From assembly GCF_011045215.1 (NCBI RefSeq), contig NZ_CP049201.1: a stretch of 64,000 bases of DNA. One strand, given 5' to 3'. Origin of the DNA: Escherichia coli. Lineage in GTDB: Bacteria; Pseudomonadota; Gammaproteobacteria; Enterobacterales; Enterobacteriaceae. The notes under the pieces are model-generated. The model saw only the letters and a program-made list of their open reading frames with translations, did no database searches and was not told the origin of the DNA. Made by a program: the position numbers and the translations under genes. Below are positions 26,083-37,181 of the stretch, piece after piece (position 1 is the first letter of the stretch; each line of letters begins with the position of its first letter).

Positions 26083-27198
26083 ATGTTCCCAAAAATAATG
26101 AATGATGAAAACTTTTTCAAAAAAGCGGCGGCGCACGGGGAGGAACCTCCTTTAACTCCTCAAAACGAACATCAGCGGTCCGGGCTGCGCTTCGCCCGTC
26201 GCGTCAGACTACCCCGCGCGGTTGGTCTGGCTGGCATGTTCTTACCGATTGCTTCAACGCTGGTTTCGCACCCGCCGCCGGGCTGGTGGTGGCTGGTGTT
26301 GGTCGGCTGGGCGTTCGTCTGGCCGCATTTAGCCTGGCAGATAGCGAGCAGGGCCGTCGATCCGCTTAGCCGGGAAATTTACAACTTAAAAACCGATGCA
26401 GTATTAGCGGGAATGTGGGTAGGCGTAATGGGCGTAAACGTGCTGCCTTCCACCGCGATGTTGATGATTATGTGTCTGAATTTGATGGGGGCAGGCGGCC
26501 CCCGTCTGTTTGTCGCGGGTCTGGTGTTGATGGTGGTTTCCTGCCTTGTCACCCTCGAGCTGACGGGCATCACCGTGTCGTTCAATAGTGCGCCGCTGGA
26601 ATGGTGGCTCTCCCTTCCCATTATTGTCATTTATCCTCTGCTGTTTGGCTGGGTCAGCTACCAGACGGCGACTAAACTGGCGGAACATAAACGCAGGTTG
26701 CAGGTCATGAGTACCCGCGACGGCATGACGGGCGTGTATAACCGACGTCATTGGGAAACTATGTTACGCAATGAATTTGATAACTGTCGGCGGCATAATC
26801 GCGATGCAACGTTACTGATTATCGATATCGACCATTTCAAGAGCATCAACGATACCTGGGGCCATGATGTGGGCGATGAAGCGATTGTGGCGCTTACCCG
26901 ACAGTTACAAATTACCCTGCGCGGTAGCGATGTGATTGGTCGGTTTGGCGGCGATGAGTTTGCAGTAATCATGTCCGGTACGCCAGCTGAGAGCGCCATT
27001 ACCGCCATGTTACGGGTGCATGAAGGGCTAAATACATTACGTTTGCCGAATACGCCACAGGTAACTTTACGGATTAGTGTGGGGGTTGCGCCGCTGAACC
27101 CACAAATGAGTCACTATCGTGATTGGTTGAAATCGGCAGATTTGGCGCTTTACAAAGCAAAGAAAGCCGGACGTAACCGCACCGAAGTGGCGGCCTGA
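26083..27198 (+). CDS. dgcC: Diguanylate cyclase (GGDEF domain, MASE2-type membrane N-terminus)
   Basis: 371 aa with the GGDEF active-site motif (RFGGDEFAV) and N-terminal TM helices; matches AdrA/YaiC. Confidence 0.92.
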   Translation: MFPKIMNDENFFKKAAAHGEEPPLTPQNEHQRSGLRFARRVRLPRAVGLAGMFLPIASTLVSHPPPGWWWLVLVGWAFVWPHLAWQIASRAVDPLSREIYNLKTDAVLAGMWVGVMGVNVLPSTAMLMIMCLNLMGAGGPRLFVAGLVLMVVSCLVTLELTGITVSFNSAPLEWWLSLPIIVIYPLLFGWVSYQTATKLAEHKRRLQVMSTRDGMTGVYNRRHWETMLRNEFDNCRRHNRDATLLIIDIDHFKSINDTWGHDVGDEAIVALTRQLQITLRGSDVIGRFGGDEFAVIMSGTPAESAITAMLRVHEGLNTLRLPNTPQVTLRISVGVAPLNPQMSHYRDWLKSADLALYKAKKAGRNRTEVAA

Positions 27199-27214
27199 CG
27201 TCCGGCGAAAGTCA

Positions 27215-28024
27215 TCAGGATTTGCTGAGTTTTTCTGATTTTTCCATACACTTCGTCATCGCTTCGATCACTGCAGCACGGAAGCCTTTCTCTTCCAGTA
27301 CGCGTACCGCTTCAATGGTGGTGCCTCCCGGTGAGCAGACCATATCTTTCAGTGCCCCCGGATGTTCTCCCGTTTCCAGCACCATTTTTGCGGAACCCAT
27401 TACCGCCTGAGCGGCAAATTTATACGCCTGGGCACGTGGCATCCCGCCCAGCACGGCGGCGTCGGCCATCGCTTCGATAAACATAAATACGTAGGCTGGC
27501 GAAGAACCGCTCACACCGACCACCGGGTGGATCATCGGCTCAGCAATTACTTCCGCTTCGCCAAAGCAGCGGAAAATATTCAGCACATCAGCGGTATCTT
27601 CTGGGGTTACCAGCGCGTTTGGCGTTACGGAGGTCATCCCGGCATTAACCAGCGCGGGAGTGTTCGGCATGGCGCGGATAATTTTCCGGTCATGGCCCAG
27701 CGCGCGGGCAAGCTGGTCGAGCGTGACACCTGCAGCAATAGAAACGACCAGAGAGTCTTTATTCAGGCTGGAGGTGATTTCGCTAAGCACTTTAATCATG
27801 ATGCCAGGTTTAACGGCAGCAAAAATGATGTCGGCGATTTGCGCCACTTCTTGCGCCGATTCTGCGGCGTTGATGCCGAACTGGTCATGCAGGGCGGCGA
27901 CTTTATCCGGGGAGGGGGTGTATACCCAGATTTGCCCTGGAAGCACCTGACCGCTGGCAATCAGACCGCCGAGAATGGCTTTTCCCATATTGCCGCAGCC
28001 AATAAAACCGATTTTCTTTTCCAT
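27215..28024 (-). CDS. proC: Pyrroline-5-carboxylate reductase
   Basis: ORF track 27215..28132 trimmed to [18 protein letters not shown] (Rossmann fold), giving 269 aa. Confidence 0.93.
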   Translation of the reverse strand: MEKKIGFIGCGNMGKAILGGLIASGQVLPGQIWVYTPSPDKVAALHDQFGINAAESAQEVAQIADIIFAAVKPGIMIKVLSEITSSLNKDSLVVSIAAGVTLDQLARALGHDRKIIRAMPNTPALVNAGMTSVTPNALVTPEDTADVLNIFRCFGEAEVIAEPMIHPVVGVSGSSPAYVFMFIEAMADAAVLGGMPRAQAYKFAAQAVMGSAKMVLETGEHPGALKDMVCSPGGTTIEAVRVLEEKGFRAAVIEAMTKCMEKSEKLSKS

Positions 28025-28143
28025 TGCCTCACTCCTGCCGTGAAATTCATTGTTTTGATAATCGCTGGCAGAAGCATAAACAGAACTATGCCGGAAGGCA
28101 AAAGCGCGACACAATAGAGGATTACCCAACAAAGGATGACTTT

Positions 28144-28602
28144 ATGACAATTTGGGTGGATGCCGACGCGTGTCCCAATGTAATTAAAGAGATTTTGTAT
28201 CGCGCGGCGGAACGTATGCAGATGCCGCTGGTACTGGTAGCAAACCAGAGTTTACGCGTGCCGCCATCGCGATTTATTCGTACGCTGCGCGTCGCGGCAG
28301 GTTTCGACGTTGCCGATAACGAAATTGTCCGGCAGTGTGAAGCGGGCGATTTGGTGATCACCGCAGATATACCTTTGGCTGCTGAAGCCATCGAGAAAGG
28401 CGCTGCGGCGCTTAATCCGCGCGGCGAACGTTACACGCCAGCGACCATTCGTGAGCGCCTGACGATGCGCGATTTTATGGATACCTTACGTGCCAGTGGG
28501 ATCCAGACCGGCGGACCAGATAGCCTTTCACAACGTGACCGCCAGGCCTTTGCCGCGGAGCTGGAGAAGTGGTGGCTGGAAGTGCAACGTAGTCGTGGCT
28601 AA
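28144..28602 (+). CDS. yaiI: UPF0178 family protein YaiI
   Basis: ORF track 28024..28602 trimmed to [18 protein letters not shown] (152 aa); divergent from proC. Confidence 0.88.
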   Translation: MTIWVDADACPNVIKEILYRAAERMQMPLVLVANQSLRVPPSRFIRTLRVAAGFDVADNEIVRQCEAGDLVITADIPLAAEAIEKGAAALNPRGERYTPATIRERLTMRDFMDTLRASGIQTGGPDSLSQRDRQAFAAELEKWWLEVQRSRG

Positions 28603-28784
28603 ATGTAATTTATTATTTACACTTCATTCTTGAATATTTATTGGTATAGTAAGGGATGTATTGAGATTTTCACTTTAAGTGGAATTTTTTCTTTACAATC
28701 GAAATTGTACTAGTTTGATGGTATGATCGCTATTCTCATGACACCGGCTTTCGCCGCATTGCGACCTATTGGGGAAAACCCACG

Positions 28785-29309
28785 ATGACACAACCTCTTT
28801 TTCTGATCGGGCCTCGGGGCTGTGGTAAAACAACGGTCGGAATGGCCCTTGCCGATTCGCTTAACCGTCGGTTTGTCGATACCGATCAGTGGTTGCAATC
28901 ACAGCTCAATATGACGGTCGCGGAGATCGTCGAAAGGGAAGAGTGGGCGGGATTTCGCGCCAGAGAAACGGCGGCGCTGGAAGCGGTAACTGCGCCATCC
29001 ACCGTTATCGCCACGGGGGGCGGCATTATTCTGACGGAATTTAATCGTCGCTTCATGCAAAATAACGGAATCGTGGTTTATTTGTGTGCGCCAGTTTCAG
29101 TCCTGGTTAACCGACTGCAAGCTGCACCGGAAGAAGATTTACGGCCAACCTTAACGGGAAAACCTCTGAGCGAAGAAGTTCAGGAAGTGCTGGAAGAGCG
29201 CGATGCGCTATATCGCGAAGTTGCGCATATTATCATCGACGCAACAAACGAACCCAGCCAGGTGATTTCTGAAATTCGTAGCGCCCTGGCACAGACGATC
29301 AATTGTTGA
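28785..29309 (+). CDS. aroL: Shikimate kinase II
   Basis: 174 aa with P-loop GPRGCGKTT. Confidence 0.94.
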   Translation: MTQPLFLIGPRGCGKTTVGMALADSLNRRFVDTDQWLQSQLNMTVAEIVEREEWAGFRARETAALEAVTAPSTVIATGGGIILTEFNRRFMQNNGIVVYLCAPVSVLVNRLQAAPEEDLRPTLTGKPLSEEVQEVLEERDALYREVAHIIIDATNEPSQVISEIRSALAQTINC

Positions 29310-29349
29310 TTTTAGAGCGCCTATACTTAACGTTCATCCCGTGAAATAA

Positions 29350-29550
<201 letters not shown>

Positions 29551-29807
29551 CCGCATCAGACTGCTCGGAAGGGAGTCTGAGTGCCACTACAAGGGATCTG
29601 CGTCACATTTTTCATAATTCATGTTTTTCTAATAATTAGAATATTAAACAATAACAATCCATTACTGGAATCATTTGGAATCTTTACATTATGTCGTGCA
29701 CGTCTGCTGCTACGCTTTTTGTCATTTGTAGCACAAGTAAGTGTCAGCAGTGGTGCTTCACACTTGCCCGGTAATTAACGACGAAAGAAAAGTAAGGTGG
29801 AAGAACA

Positions 29808-30485
29808 ATGAGTGCGTCGTTGGCGATCCTGACCATCGGCATTGTACCTATGCAGGAAGTTTTGCCGCTCCTGACGGAATACATTGACGAAGATAATATT
29901 TCCCATCATAGCCTGCTGGGGAAGTTAAGTCGTGAAGAAGTGATGGCGGAGTACGCGCCAGAAGCAGGCGAAGACACCATTCTCACATTATTAAATGACA
30001 ACCATCTGGCCCATGTTTCGCGTCGCAAAGTAGAGCGTGACCTGCAAGGTGTGGTTGAAGTGCTCGATAATCAGGGCTACGACGTCATTTTATTAATGAG
30101 TACAGCAAACATTAGTAGTATGACTGCGCGTAATACGATCTTTCTTGAGCCGTCGCGAATATTGCCTCCACTGGTTTCCTCTATTGTTGAAGATCATCAG
30201 GTGGGGGTTATCGTTCCGGTTGAGGAGATGCTGCCCGTTCAGGCGCAAAAATGGCAAATTTTGCAGAAATCGCCGGTATTTTCATTGGGTAACCCCATTC
30301 ATGATTCAGAACAAAAAATCATTGACGCCGGGAAAGAATTACTGGCAAAAGGGGCTGATGTCATCATGCTGGATTGTTTAGGATTTCACCAACGTCATCG
30401 CGATTTACTGCAAAAACAGCTCGATGTTCCTGTCTTGCTGTCTAACGTATTGATTGCACGGCTAGCTGCGGAATTACTGGTGTAA
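29808..30485 (+). CDS. aroM: AroM protein
   Basis: 225-aa ORF matching AroM. Confidence 0.9.
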   Translation: MSASLAILTIGIVPMQEVLPLLTEYIDEDNISHHSLLGKLSREEVMAEYAPEAGEDTILTLLNDNHLAHVSRRKVERDLQGVVEVLDNQGYDVILLMSTANISSMTARNTIFLEPSRILPPLVSSIVEDHQVGVIVPVEEMLPVQAQKWQILQKSPVFSLGNPIHDSEQKIIDAGKELLAKGADVIMLDCLGFHQRHRDLLQKQLDVPVLLSNVLIARLAAELLV

Positions 30486-30556
30486 TTTTGCGTGACAGCC
30501 AGCGCCTCTGGCCCCTATAGTGAAGTAGATGTTCAACTACCAGACAGGGCCAGTTT

Positions 30557-30841
30557 ATGCTTCAAAGTAATGAGTACTTTTCCGGCAAAGTGAAATCGAT
30601 CGGCTTTTCCAGCAGCAGCACTGGTCGCGCCAGCGTGGGTGTTATGGTTGAAGGCGAATACACCTTCAGCACCGCTGAGCCGGAAGAGATGACGGTAATC
30701 AGTGGCGCGCTGAATGTGTTACTGCCTGACGCGACCGACTGGCAAGTGTATGAAGCCGGTTCGGTGTTTAATGTTCCCGGTCACAGTGAGTTTCATCTGC
30801 AAGTTGCCGAACCCACCTCTTATCTGTGCCGCTATCTGTAA
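30557..30841 (+). CDS. ppnP: Pyrimidine/purine nucleoside phosphorylase PpnP (YaiE)
   Basis: 94-aa [20 protein letters not shown]... (cupin-like). Confidence 0.9.
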
Positions 30842-30975
30842 TTCCTCGCCTTCCCCTTGAACGGGAGGGCATTTTTCTGAAATATCCTCTCTTTAACCCA
30901 TAATAATATTTCCTTTGCTGCGATTTTTTCAATTTCCGATATATTCATAATTCATCAAGGTTGATATAAATATCA

Positions 30976-33264
30976 TTGAAGATTATGAATAGAATTAATA
31001 TATTGGTCATCTGTATGGTCGTATTTTTTATGACTGGCAATGCATGTGCCACAGAGTGGATCAGTAGCGAGGAGCTTATCACCTCTGACTTTCATCTTAT
31101 GACGGCAGATGAGCGCAACGTGGTTAAAGCGGCAACCGACGATAGTATGGAAGCTGCTTATATGCTAAAAGATAATATCCGCTGGTATTATCATAATGGT
31201 GACCTATCATTACCCGCTAACTTCAGCAATAAAAATAAACTGGTGGTAAACGGTAATTTAACGATTTCCGGCGATTATGATGATTATCTGTCAGGTAATG
31301 GTCATCTGATTGTATTAGGTAATGTTATTGTCGATAACTTTATTAATCATGATTTCGCGTATGTCAAAGGACAGATGACAGCGAAAGGTTTAGTTTATGC
31401 TGATTACAATGATCATAACTTTGAAGTGATGAAGGGAATTAGTGCGCGAGGCATTATTGTTTCCGATAAAGCAACGCAATTTGAAGTCATTAAAGCTGAA
31501 TTTTATATCAATGAAGATGGAAGTGGTGAAGGATATAACTGGGATGAGAATATTCAAAAAGCCTATTCACTGGTGACTGCCGATCTTTATGATCACACTG
31601 AAATCGAAACCGATAACATTTCCAATGCGTATCCTGACTATGATAGCGTCGCAGACAACATCGTTCAGGGTTTACCGCTTTTTCGAGATAAAGCCGTTCC
31701 TGAAATTAATGAGAAATTAAAATGGATTGAAACGGGGAAACTCGATAATTTCCCAGCGAATAAAATAAAGCATCAAGATCCACTGGTGGCACGTTTTCTG
31801 ACTCATACAGAGAGTTTATCACCCGCCGTTATGCTGCAACTGTTACAGCACCCCGATGACCAGACGCGTGAATCGATGGCGCAGTCCTGGCCCGCTCAAC
31901 AGATGCATTTGCTTACCGATGAATTAATTAAAGATGAGGCTGTTGCCAGAGGGCTGGTTAAAAACAGTAATATTTCCGCCGATGTGAATAAAAAATTAAT
32001 GTCTGTACCCGTCGAGAGCGTACAGCTGGAGCAGGCCAGACAGGATAATCTTTCTCCAGATATTGTTGCGTCGTTAAGTCATAGTCCCTTTCTCAGTGTA
32101 CGCAAGACATTACTCAGCCATTACGATTACGCCTGGCTGGTTCCGACTGCAGTGGCCGATGAGTTGATAAATAACGAAGACCCGGAGTTACGTGAAAGAA
32201 TTACCGGAGCAGATTTAACCGCACAACAAGCAGTGATGTTGAGTAAAGATAAATCACTGAAAGTTCGTGAAGCATTAGCCCGGACGCTTACTGAATTAAA
32301 AATTACCCAACTGTCAGCAACCCTGCGTACAGAGGATATTGAACGTATCGCAGAACAAATGTATCTGGATAATAAAGAAAATAAAAATATCGTAAAGGCG
32401 TTATTGATAGCGTTGCCGGAGATGCGTCAACTGTCTCTGGCAAAAGAAGATGTGCACAATTTGCGCGAAGGTGCGCGTTATCTGACATCGAGGGAAGTAA
32501 TTAGTTATCTACTGACTCAGCATGATGTTCCCACCGTCTGGGATGAGCTGGCACGCGATAAATTATTGCCGCTGGAATATAAGAAACAGTTATGGCAACG
32601 CACATTAAATTTAATGATGAGCAAACGGCAAGAAGATCAAGAGCAAGCCTACGAAGTACAGCTGGCGCTGATTGATAATGGTGTTGTTGACGAAGAGATG
32701 TTAAATAATGCCATTGATTTACTGGTTGATTTACCCGCTGAATACCGCTATCGAATGCGTAACCAATTATTTGATAATAAAGAATTACCTTCCGGAGTTA
32801 TCAACAAACTCGATCAACAGTATCGCTTCAACTCTGACTGGGCGCTGTCTGTTGTCAGTATGAAAAATAGCACCCGTAGGCAAAGTGAAAGAGGATTACA
32901 CCGCTGGAACCGTGAGGATAGCGATATTTTTGCGGAACTGGCGACGATAAAAGATAAATCAGATGATGAATGGTGGCGTGCATTGCTGCAAAGTCGCAAT
33001 GATCATTTGCGCCAAACGGCATTACGCAACGCACATACCCCGGCGTCGTTGTTAACGACATTGACTGAGCCTCAGGATCGGTCGCTGGCTATTAATAATC
33101 CACAGCTGGCTGCCGATGTGAAAACGGCGTGGTTAAAAGAGGATCCATCATTACTCTTATTTGTCGAACAACCCGATCTTTCGCTGTTACGTGATTTAGT
33201 GAAAACCGGGGCAACGCGGAAAATTCGCAGTGAAGCGCGTCACCGGCTTGAGGAAAAACAATGA
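30976..33264 (+). CDS. Hypothetical secreted protein, 762 aa: Sec signal peptide, N-terminal beta-rich region, long alpha-helical repeat region (HEAT/PBS-lyase-like)
   Basis: Long uninterrupted ORF in an AT-rich block. N-terminus [25 protein letters not shown] is signal-peptide-like, with a putative cleavage site ACA/TEW. Recurring motifs such as [25 protein letters not shown] and [13 protein letters not shown]. No catalytic motif recognised. Confidence 0.7.
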   Translation: MKIMNRINILVICMVVFFMTGNACATEWISSEELITSDFHLMTADERNVVKAATDDSMEAAYMLKDNIRWYYHNGDLSLPANFSNKNKLVVNGNLTISGDYDDYLSGNGHLIVLGNVIVDNFINHDFAYVKGQMTAKGLVYADYNDHNFEVMKGISARGIIVSDKATQFEVIKAEFYINEDGSGEGYNWDENIQKAYSLVTADLYDHTEIETDNISNAYPDYDSVADNIVQGLPLFRDKAVPEINEKLKWIETGKLDNFPANKIKHQDPLVARFLTHTESLSPAVMLQLLQHPDDQTRESMAQSWPAQQMHLLTDELIKDEAVARGLVKNSNISADVNKKLMSVPVESVQLEQARQDNLSPDIVASLSHSPFLSVRKTLLSHYDYAWLVPTAVADELINNEDPELRERITGADLTAQQAVMLSKDKSLKVREALARTLTELKITQLSATLRTEDIERIAEQMYLDNKENKNIVKALLIALPEMRQLSLAKEDVHNLREGARYLTSREVISYLLTQHDVPTVWDELARDKLLPLEYKKQLWQRTLNLMMSKRQEDQEQAYEVQLALIDNGVVDEEMLNNAIDLLVDLPAEYRYRMRNQLFDNKELPSGVINKLDQQYRFNSDWALSVVSMKNSTRRQSERGLHRWNREDSDIFAELATIKDKSDDEWWRALLQSRNDHLRQTALRNAHTPASLLTTLTEPQDRSLAINNPQLAADVKTAWLKEDPSLLLFVEQPDLSLLRDLVKTGATRKIRSEARHRLEEKQ

Positions 33265-33716
33265 CACAGCGCCCATGGAGCAAGTTACAGCGGGAGATCT
33301 ATGACTTACTGACGCCAACGATCAACCTGCAAATTCACTGTACCCGTTATCCCATGCGCAGCCAAAATGGTGGAAGCACCGATTTACCTCGTTATTGGAT
33401 CACGTTGGATAAAAACGTGATCTGGGATTACCCGAAAGACTTTATTGCAGGTAACGGTGGAGTGCGTAATTTTCACGGTGAAACTTGCTGGTATCCTTAC
33501 CTGACGGATATTTGTTCAATTTCTGATTTATTGCGTGAATATATTGATACCCCAAAAGCGGAGCTGTTAACAAAACAATTTACCAGCGATAAATGGGGGT
33601 TAGTGAATATTCTGCGTGCTGCTGACAGGCGAATAGGGATGAGGCGATTAGATCAGTTACGGCGTAAAACGCATAATATTGCTGCGCTAAAAATTATTGC
33701 CCGCCGTAGCGAATAA
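33261..33716 (+). CDS. Hypothetical protein, 151 aa, translationally coupled to the upstream 762-aa gene
   Basis: ATGA start/stop overlap at 33261..33264; Trp/Tyr-rich, no signal peptide, no recognised domain. Confidence 0.6.
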   Translation: MTQRPWSKLQREIYDLLTPTINLQIHCTRYPMRSQNGGSTDLPRYWITLDKNVIWDYPKDFIAGNGGVRNFHGETCWYPYLTDICSISDLLREYIDTPKAELLTKQFTSDKWGLVNILRAADRRIGMRRLDQLRRKTHNIAALKIIARRSE

Positions 33717-33740
33717 TTATATCCCTGGTGTGGCTTCGTA

Positions 33741-33774
33741 CGCCGGATAAGACGCGGCAGGCGTCGCATCCGGC
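33741..33774. repeat. REP (repetitive extragenic palindrome) element
   Basis: CGCCGGATAAGACGCGGCAGGCGTCGCATCCGGC, a classic REP-like imperfect palindrome, between the inserted operon and rdgC. Confidence 0.7.
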
Positions 33775-33793
33775 ATTAAAGGAAAATCAGCAA

Positions 33794-34705
33794 TTAACGT
33801 TGTGCTTCGCCACCTAATCCTTCAATCAGGTTTTGAATTAACGCTGCCAGTTCACCAGTCATCAGGATGAAATCGGCATCAAAACGCTGGGCGAAATCTT
33901 CACGGTCGATATCTTCGTTTTGATCGCGCAGCTCGTCGCAGAACTTCAGACGCTTGAGCGAACCATCGTCGCACATCACAAACTGAATGCGCTGCTGCCA
34001 GTCGAGCGCCAGTTTAGTCACCACTTTTCCGGCTTCAATGTGATTGGTGATCTCTTCGCTGGTCAGATCTTGTTTCTTCGCGCGGATCACTCCGCCATCT
34101 TCCAGCAACGATTTCAGCTCGGCTTCATCAAGCAGCTGGAAGCCCTGTGCCGCACTACCGGAACGTACCCATTCGGTCAGCGTCAGTTCAATCGGGTTTT
34201 CCATGCTCAATGGTACAACCGGTAACGACCCCAGGCTTTTACGCAGCAGTGCCAGCGTATCTTCCGCTTTTTTGGCACTGGCGCAGTCCACCATAATCAA
34301 ACCGTTAACCGTGTCGATCCACATCATTGTCTGGCTAAAACGGCTGAAAGCACGCGGCAACAGAGAGTGCAGCACTTCGTCTTTTAGCGAATCTTTTTCG
34401 GTTTTCTTCAGCTTACGCGCCTGTTCCGCTTCCAGTTTGGCGATTTTCGCTTCCAGCGCCTGCTTAATCACCGGAGACGGGAGGATTTTTTCTTCTTTGC
34501 GCGCGCAGATAACAATTTGACCATTGGCAACGTGCGTTAACGCATCGCTGTGCGATCCCATCGGAGGAACCCAGCCCATCTTCGCCATGTCCTGGCTGCC
34601 GCATGGGGTAAATGCCATCGAGGCTAGCTGTTTTTCCATCTCTTCTGCACGCAGCGAAATCTCGCGGCTAAGACGGTAAACCATTAAATTTTTGAACCAC
34701 AGCAT
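33794..34705 (-). CDS. rdgC: Recombination-associated protein RdgC
   Basis: ORF track 33794..34777 trimmed to [16 protein letters not shown] (303 aa). Confidence 0.93.
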
Positions 34706-34829
34706 GATAATTTCCACGGCCTTGTCGTTAAATTTAGCGGGCATGATAACGAATTGTCGGCGGCCTTGCATTGCCAATCCGGTTGTCCGTCTCTACGCTA
34801 TTGATATTGAAAAAAATAAGGAGAGTACC

Positions 34830-35738
34830 GTGCGTATAGGTATCGATTTAGGCGGCACCAAAACTGAAGTGATTGCACTGGGCGATGCAGGGGAGCAGTT
34901 GTACCGCCATCGTCTGCCCACGCCGCGTGATGATTACCGGCAGACTATTGAAACGATCGCCACGTTGGTTGATATGGCGGAGCAGGCGACGGGGCAGCGC
35001 GGAACGGTAGGTATGGGCATTCCTGGCTCAATTTCGCCTTACACCGGTGTGGTGAAGAATGCCAATTCAACCTGGCTCAACGGTCAGCCATTCGATAAAG
35101 ACTTAAGCGCGAGGTTGCAGCGGGAAGTGCGGCTGGCAAATGACGCCAACTGTCTGGCGGTTTCAGAAGCAGTAGATGGCGCGGCAGCGGGAGCGCAGAC
35201 GGTATTTGCCGTGATTATCGGCACGGGATGCGGCGCGGGCGTGGCATTCAATGGGCGGGCGCATATCGGCGGCAATGGCACGGCAGGTGAGTGGGGACAC
35301 AATCCGCTACCGTGGATGGACGAAGACGAACTGCGTTATCGCGAGGAAGTCCCTTGTTATTGCGGTAAACAAGGTTGTATTGAAACCTTTATTTCGGGCA
35401 CGGGATTCGCGACGGATTATCGTCGTTTGAGCGGACATGCGCTGAAAGGCAGTGAAATTATCCGCCTGGTTGAAGAAAGCGATCCGGTAGCGGAACTGGC
35501 ATTGCGTCGCTACGAGCTGCGGCTGGCAAAATCGCTGGCACATGTCGTGAATATTCTCGATCCGGATGTGATTGTCCTGGGGGGCGGGATGAGCAATGTA
35601 GACCGTTTATATCAAACGGTTCCGCAGTTGATTAAACAATTTGTCTTCGGCGGCGAATGTGAAACGCCGGTGCGTAAGGCGAAGCATGGTGATTCCAGCG
35701 GCGTGCGCGGCGCTGCGTGGTTATGGCCACAAGAGTAA
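34830..35738 (+). CDS. mak: Fructokinase / manno(fructo)kinase (ROK family)
   Basis: ORF track 34692..35738; start taken as the GTG at 34830 ([18 protein letters not shown]-terminal motif), giving 302 aa, preceded by AGGAGAG. Confidence 0.9.
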   Translation: MRIGIDLGGTKTEVIALGDAGEQLYRHRLPTPRDDYRQTIETIATLVDMAEQATGQRGTVGMGIPGSISPYTGVVKNANSTWLNGQPFDKDLSARLQREVRLANDANCLAVSEAVDGAAAGAQTVFAVIIGTGCGAGVAFNGRAHIGGNGTAGEWGHNPLPWMDEDELRYREEVPCYCGKQGCIETFISGTGFATDYRRLSGHALKGSEIIRLVEESDPVAELALRRYELRLAKSLAHVVNILDPDVIVLGGGMSNVDRLYQTVPQLIKQFVFGGECETPVRKAKHGDSSGVRGAAWLWPQE

Positions 35739-35763
35739 AAAACCCAGGCAATTGGCGTATCAT

Positions 35764-35849
35764 GCCTGATGCGACGCTTGCCGCGTCTTATCAGGCCTAC
35801 AAAATGTGCCAGAACCGCGTAAGGCATTCACGCCGCATCCGGCAATAAG
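35764..35849. repeat. BIME: two REP elements in the mak-araJ intergenic region
   Basis: GCCTGATGCGACGCTTGCCGCGTCTTATCAGGCCTAC and CGTAAGGCATTCACGCCGCATCCGGCAATAAG. Confidence 0.8.
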
Positions 35850-35871
35850 CAACGCGCACCGTGACAGTAAT

Positions 35872-37056
35872 CTACCCCAGTGGTTTCGCCAGCACCGGAC
35901 TATCCGCCGCTTGCTGGCGCTTATAGCGACCATACAGCAGCAACGATGACATCGCAGCAAACGAAAGCAGGGCGGCAGGCAGCGCCACGTAATTATATGC
36001 CAGCCCCAGCGTCAGCATCATACCTCCGCAATATGCGCCGACGGCGCTACCGAGGTTAAACGCTATTTGCCCACCTGCGGCACCTAATAACTCTCCGCCT
36101 TTGGCATTTTGCAGTAACAATATTTGCAGAGGTGCTGAAAGGGCAAATAATCCCGCGCAACAAATAAAAGCAAAAATAAGCGACGTTGTTTTCATGCCGC
36201 CGCAGAAAAAGAGCATCAGCAGTGCCAGTACAATTATAAAGTCAGTCACTGCTGCAATGCGCAGTGGTGAATAACGTCCTGAAATCCTGCCACTTAGCAT
36301 ATTTCCCAGCACCATCCCTAGCCCAACTAACATCATAATAAAGGTCATCGCCGTTTCCGAAAAACCGGAAATAAACATCATGTATGGCTTTACGTAGCTG
36401 AACCAGGCAAACACACCTGCGTTGCCAAACATGGTGGCGGCGAAAATTAACCACGGGGCCGGGCTGCGCAAAAAGTGAAATTGTTCGCGCAGCTTTCCTT
36501 TCGCCTCGTCGCGAATATCCGGCACCCAAAAATAGACCGATGCCATCACCGCAATATTAAAAACAGCGATCAATAAAAAGGTGTAACGCCAGCTAAATTC
36601 CTGACTTAAATACGTTCCCAGCGGAATGCCCAGCAAATTGGCGACTGTCATCCCGGAAACCATCCCCGCCACGGCGGCGGTGACTTTTCCGGGTTTGATA
36701 ATTTTTGATAACACGATCGCTCCGACGCCAAAAAATGCGCCATGCGGAAAGCCGGAAACCAGGCGACCAATGGCAAGCATCAGGTAAGACGAAGAGAGCG
36801 TGAACATGGCGTTGCCAATGACGCACAACGCCACCAGAAACAACAAGATATGTTTGAGTGAGTAGCGGCTGGAAAAGAGTGCGATGATTGGCGCACCGAC
36901 CACCACCCCCAGCGCATAATACGAGATCATATGCCCGGCAGCAGGAATCGAAATTCCTACGTTATGCGCCAGCTCCGTGAGCACGCCCATAATGCCAAAT
37001 TCGGCCATCCCCAAACCAAACGTGCCCAGAGCCAAAGATAAAATGACTTTTTTCAT
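35872..37056 (-). CDS. araJ: MFS transporter AraJ
   Basis: ORF track 35872..37140 trimmed to MKKVILSLALGTFGLGMAEFGIMGVL (394 aa). Confidence 0.92.
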   Translation of the reverse strand: MKKVILSLALGTFGLGMAEFGIMGVLTELAHNVGISIPAAGHMISYYALGVVVGAPIIALFSSRYSLKHILLFLVALCVIGNAMFTLSSSYLMLAIGRLVSGFPHGAFFGVGAIVLSKIIKPGKVTAAVAGMVSGMTVANLLGIPLGTYLSQEFSWRYTFLLIAVFNIAVMASVYFWVPDIRDEAKGKLREQFHFLRSPAPWLIFAATMFGNAGVFAWFSYVKPYMMFISGFSETAMTFIMMLVGLGMVLGNMLSGRISGRYSPLRIAAVTDFIIVLALLMLFFCGGMKTTSLIFAFICCAGLFALSAPLQILLLQNAKGGELLGAAGGQIAFNLGSAVGAYCGGMMLTLGLAYNYVALPAALLSFAAMSSLLLYGRYKRQQAADSPVLAKPLG

Positions 37057-37181
37057 ACCACCATCACAACCACCAGAACGGCTACCAATCACCGTAGCCA
37101 ATAAAGTGATAGCTTGCAGGATAACGACCAGCAAGGCCAAGAGATAATTCGCCCCTCTGTATTCATTATCCTGCTGAATAG

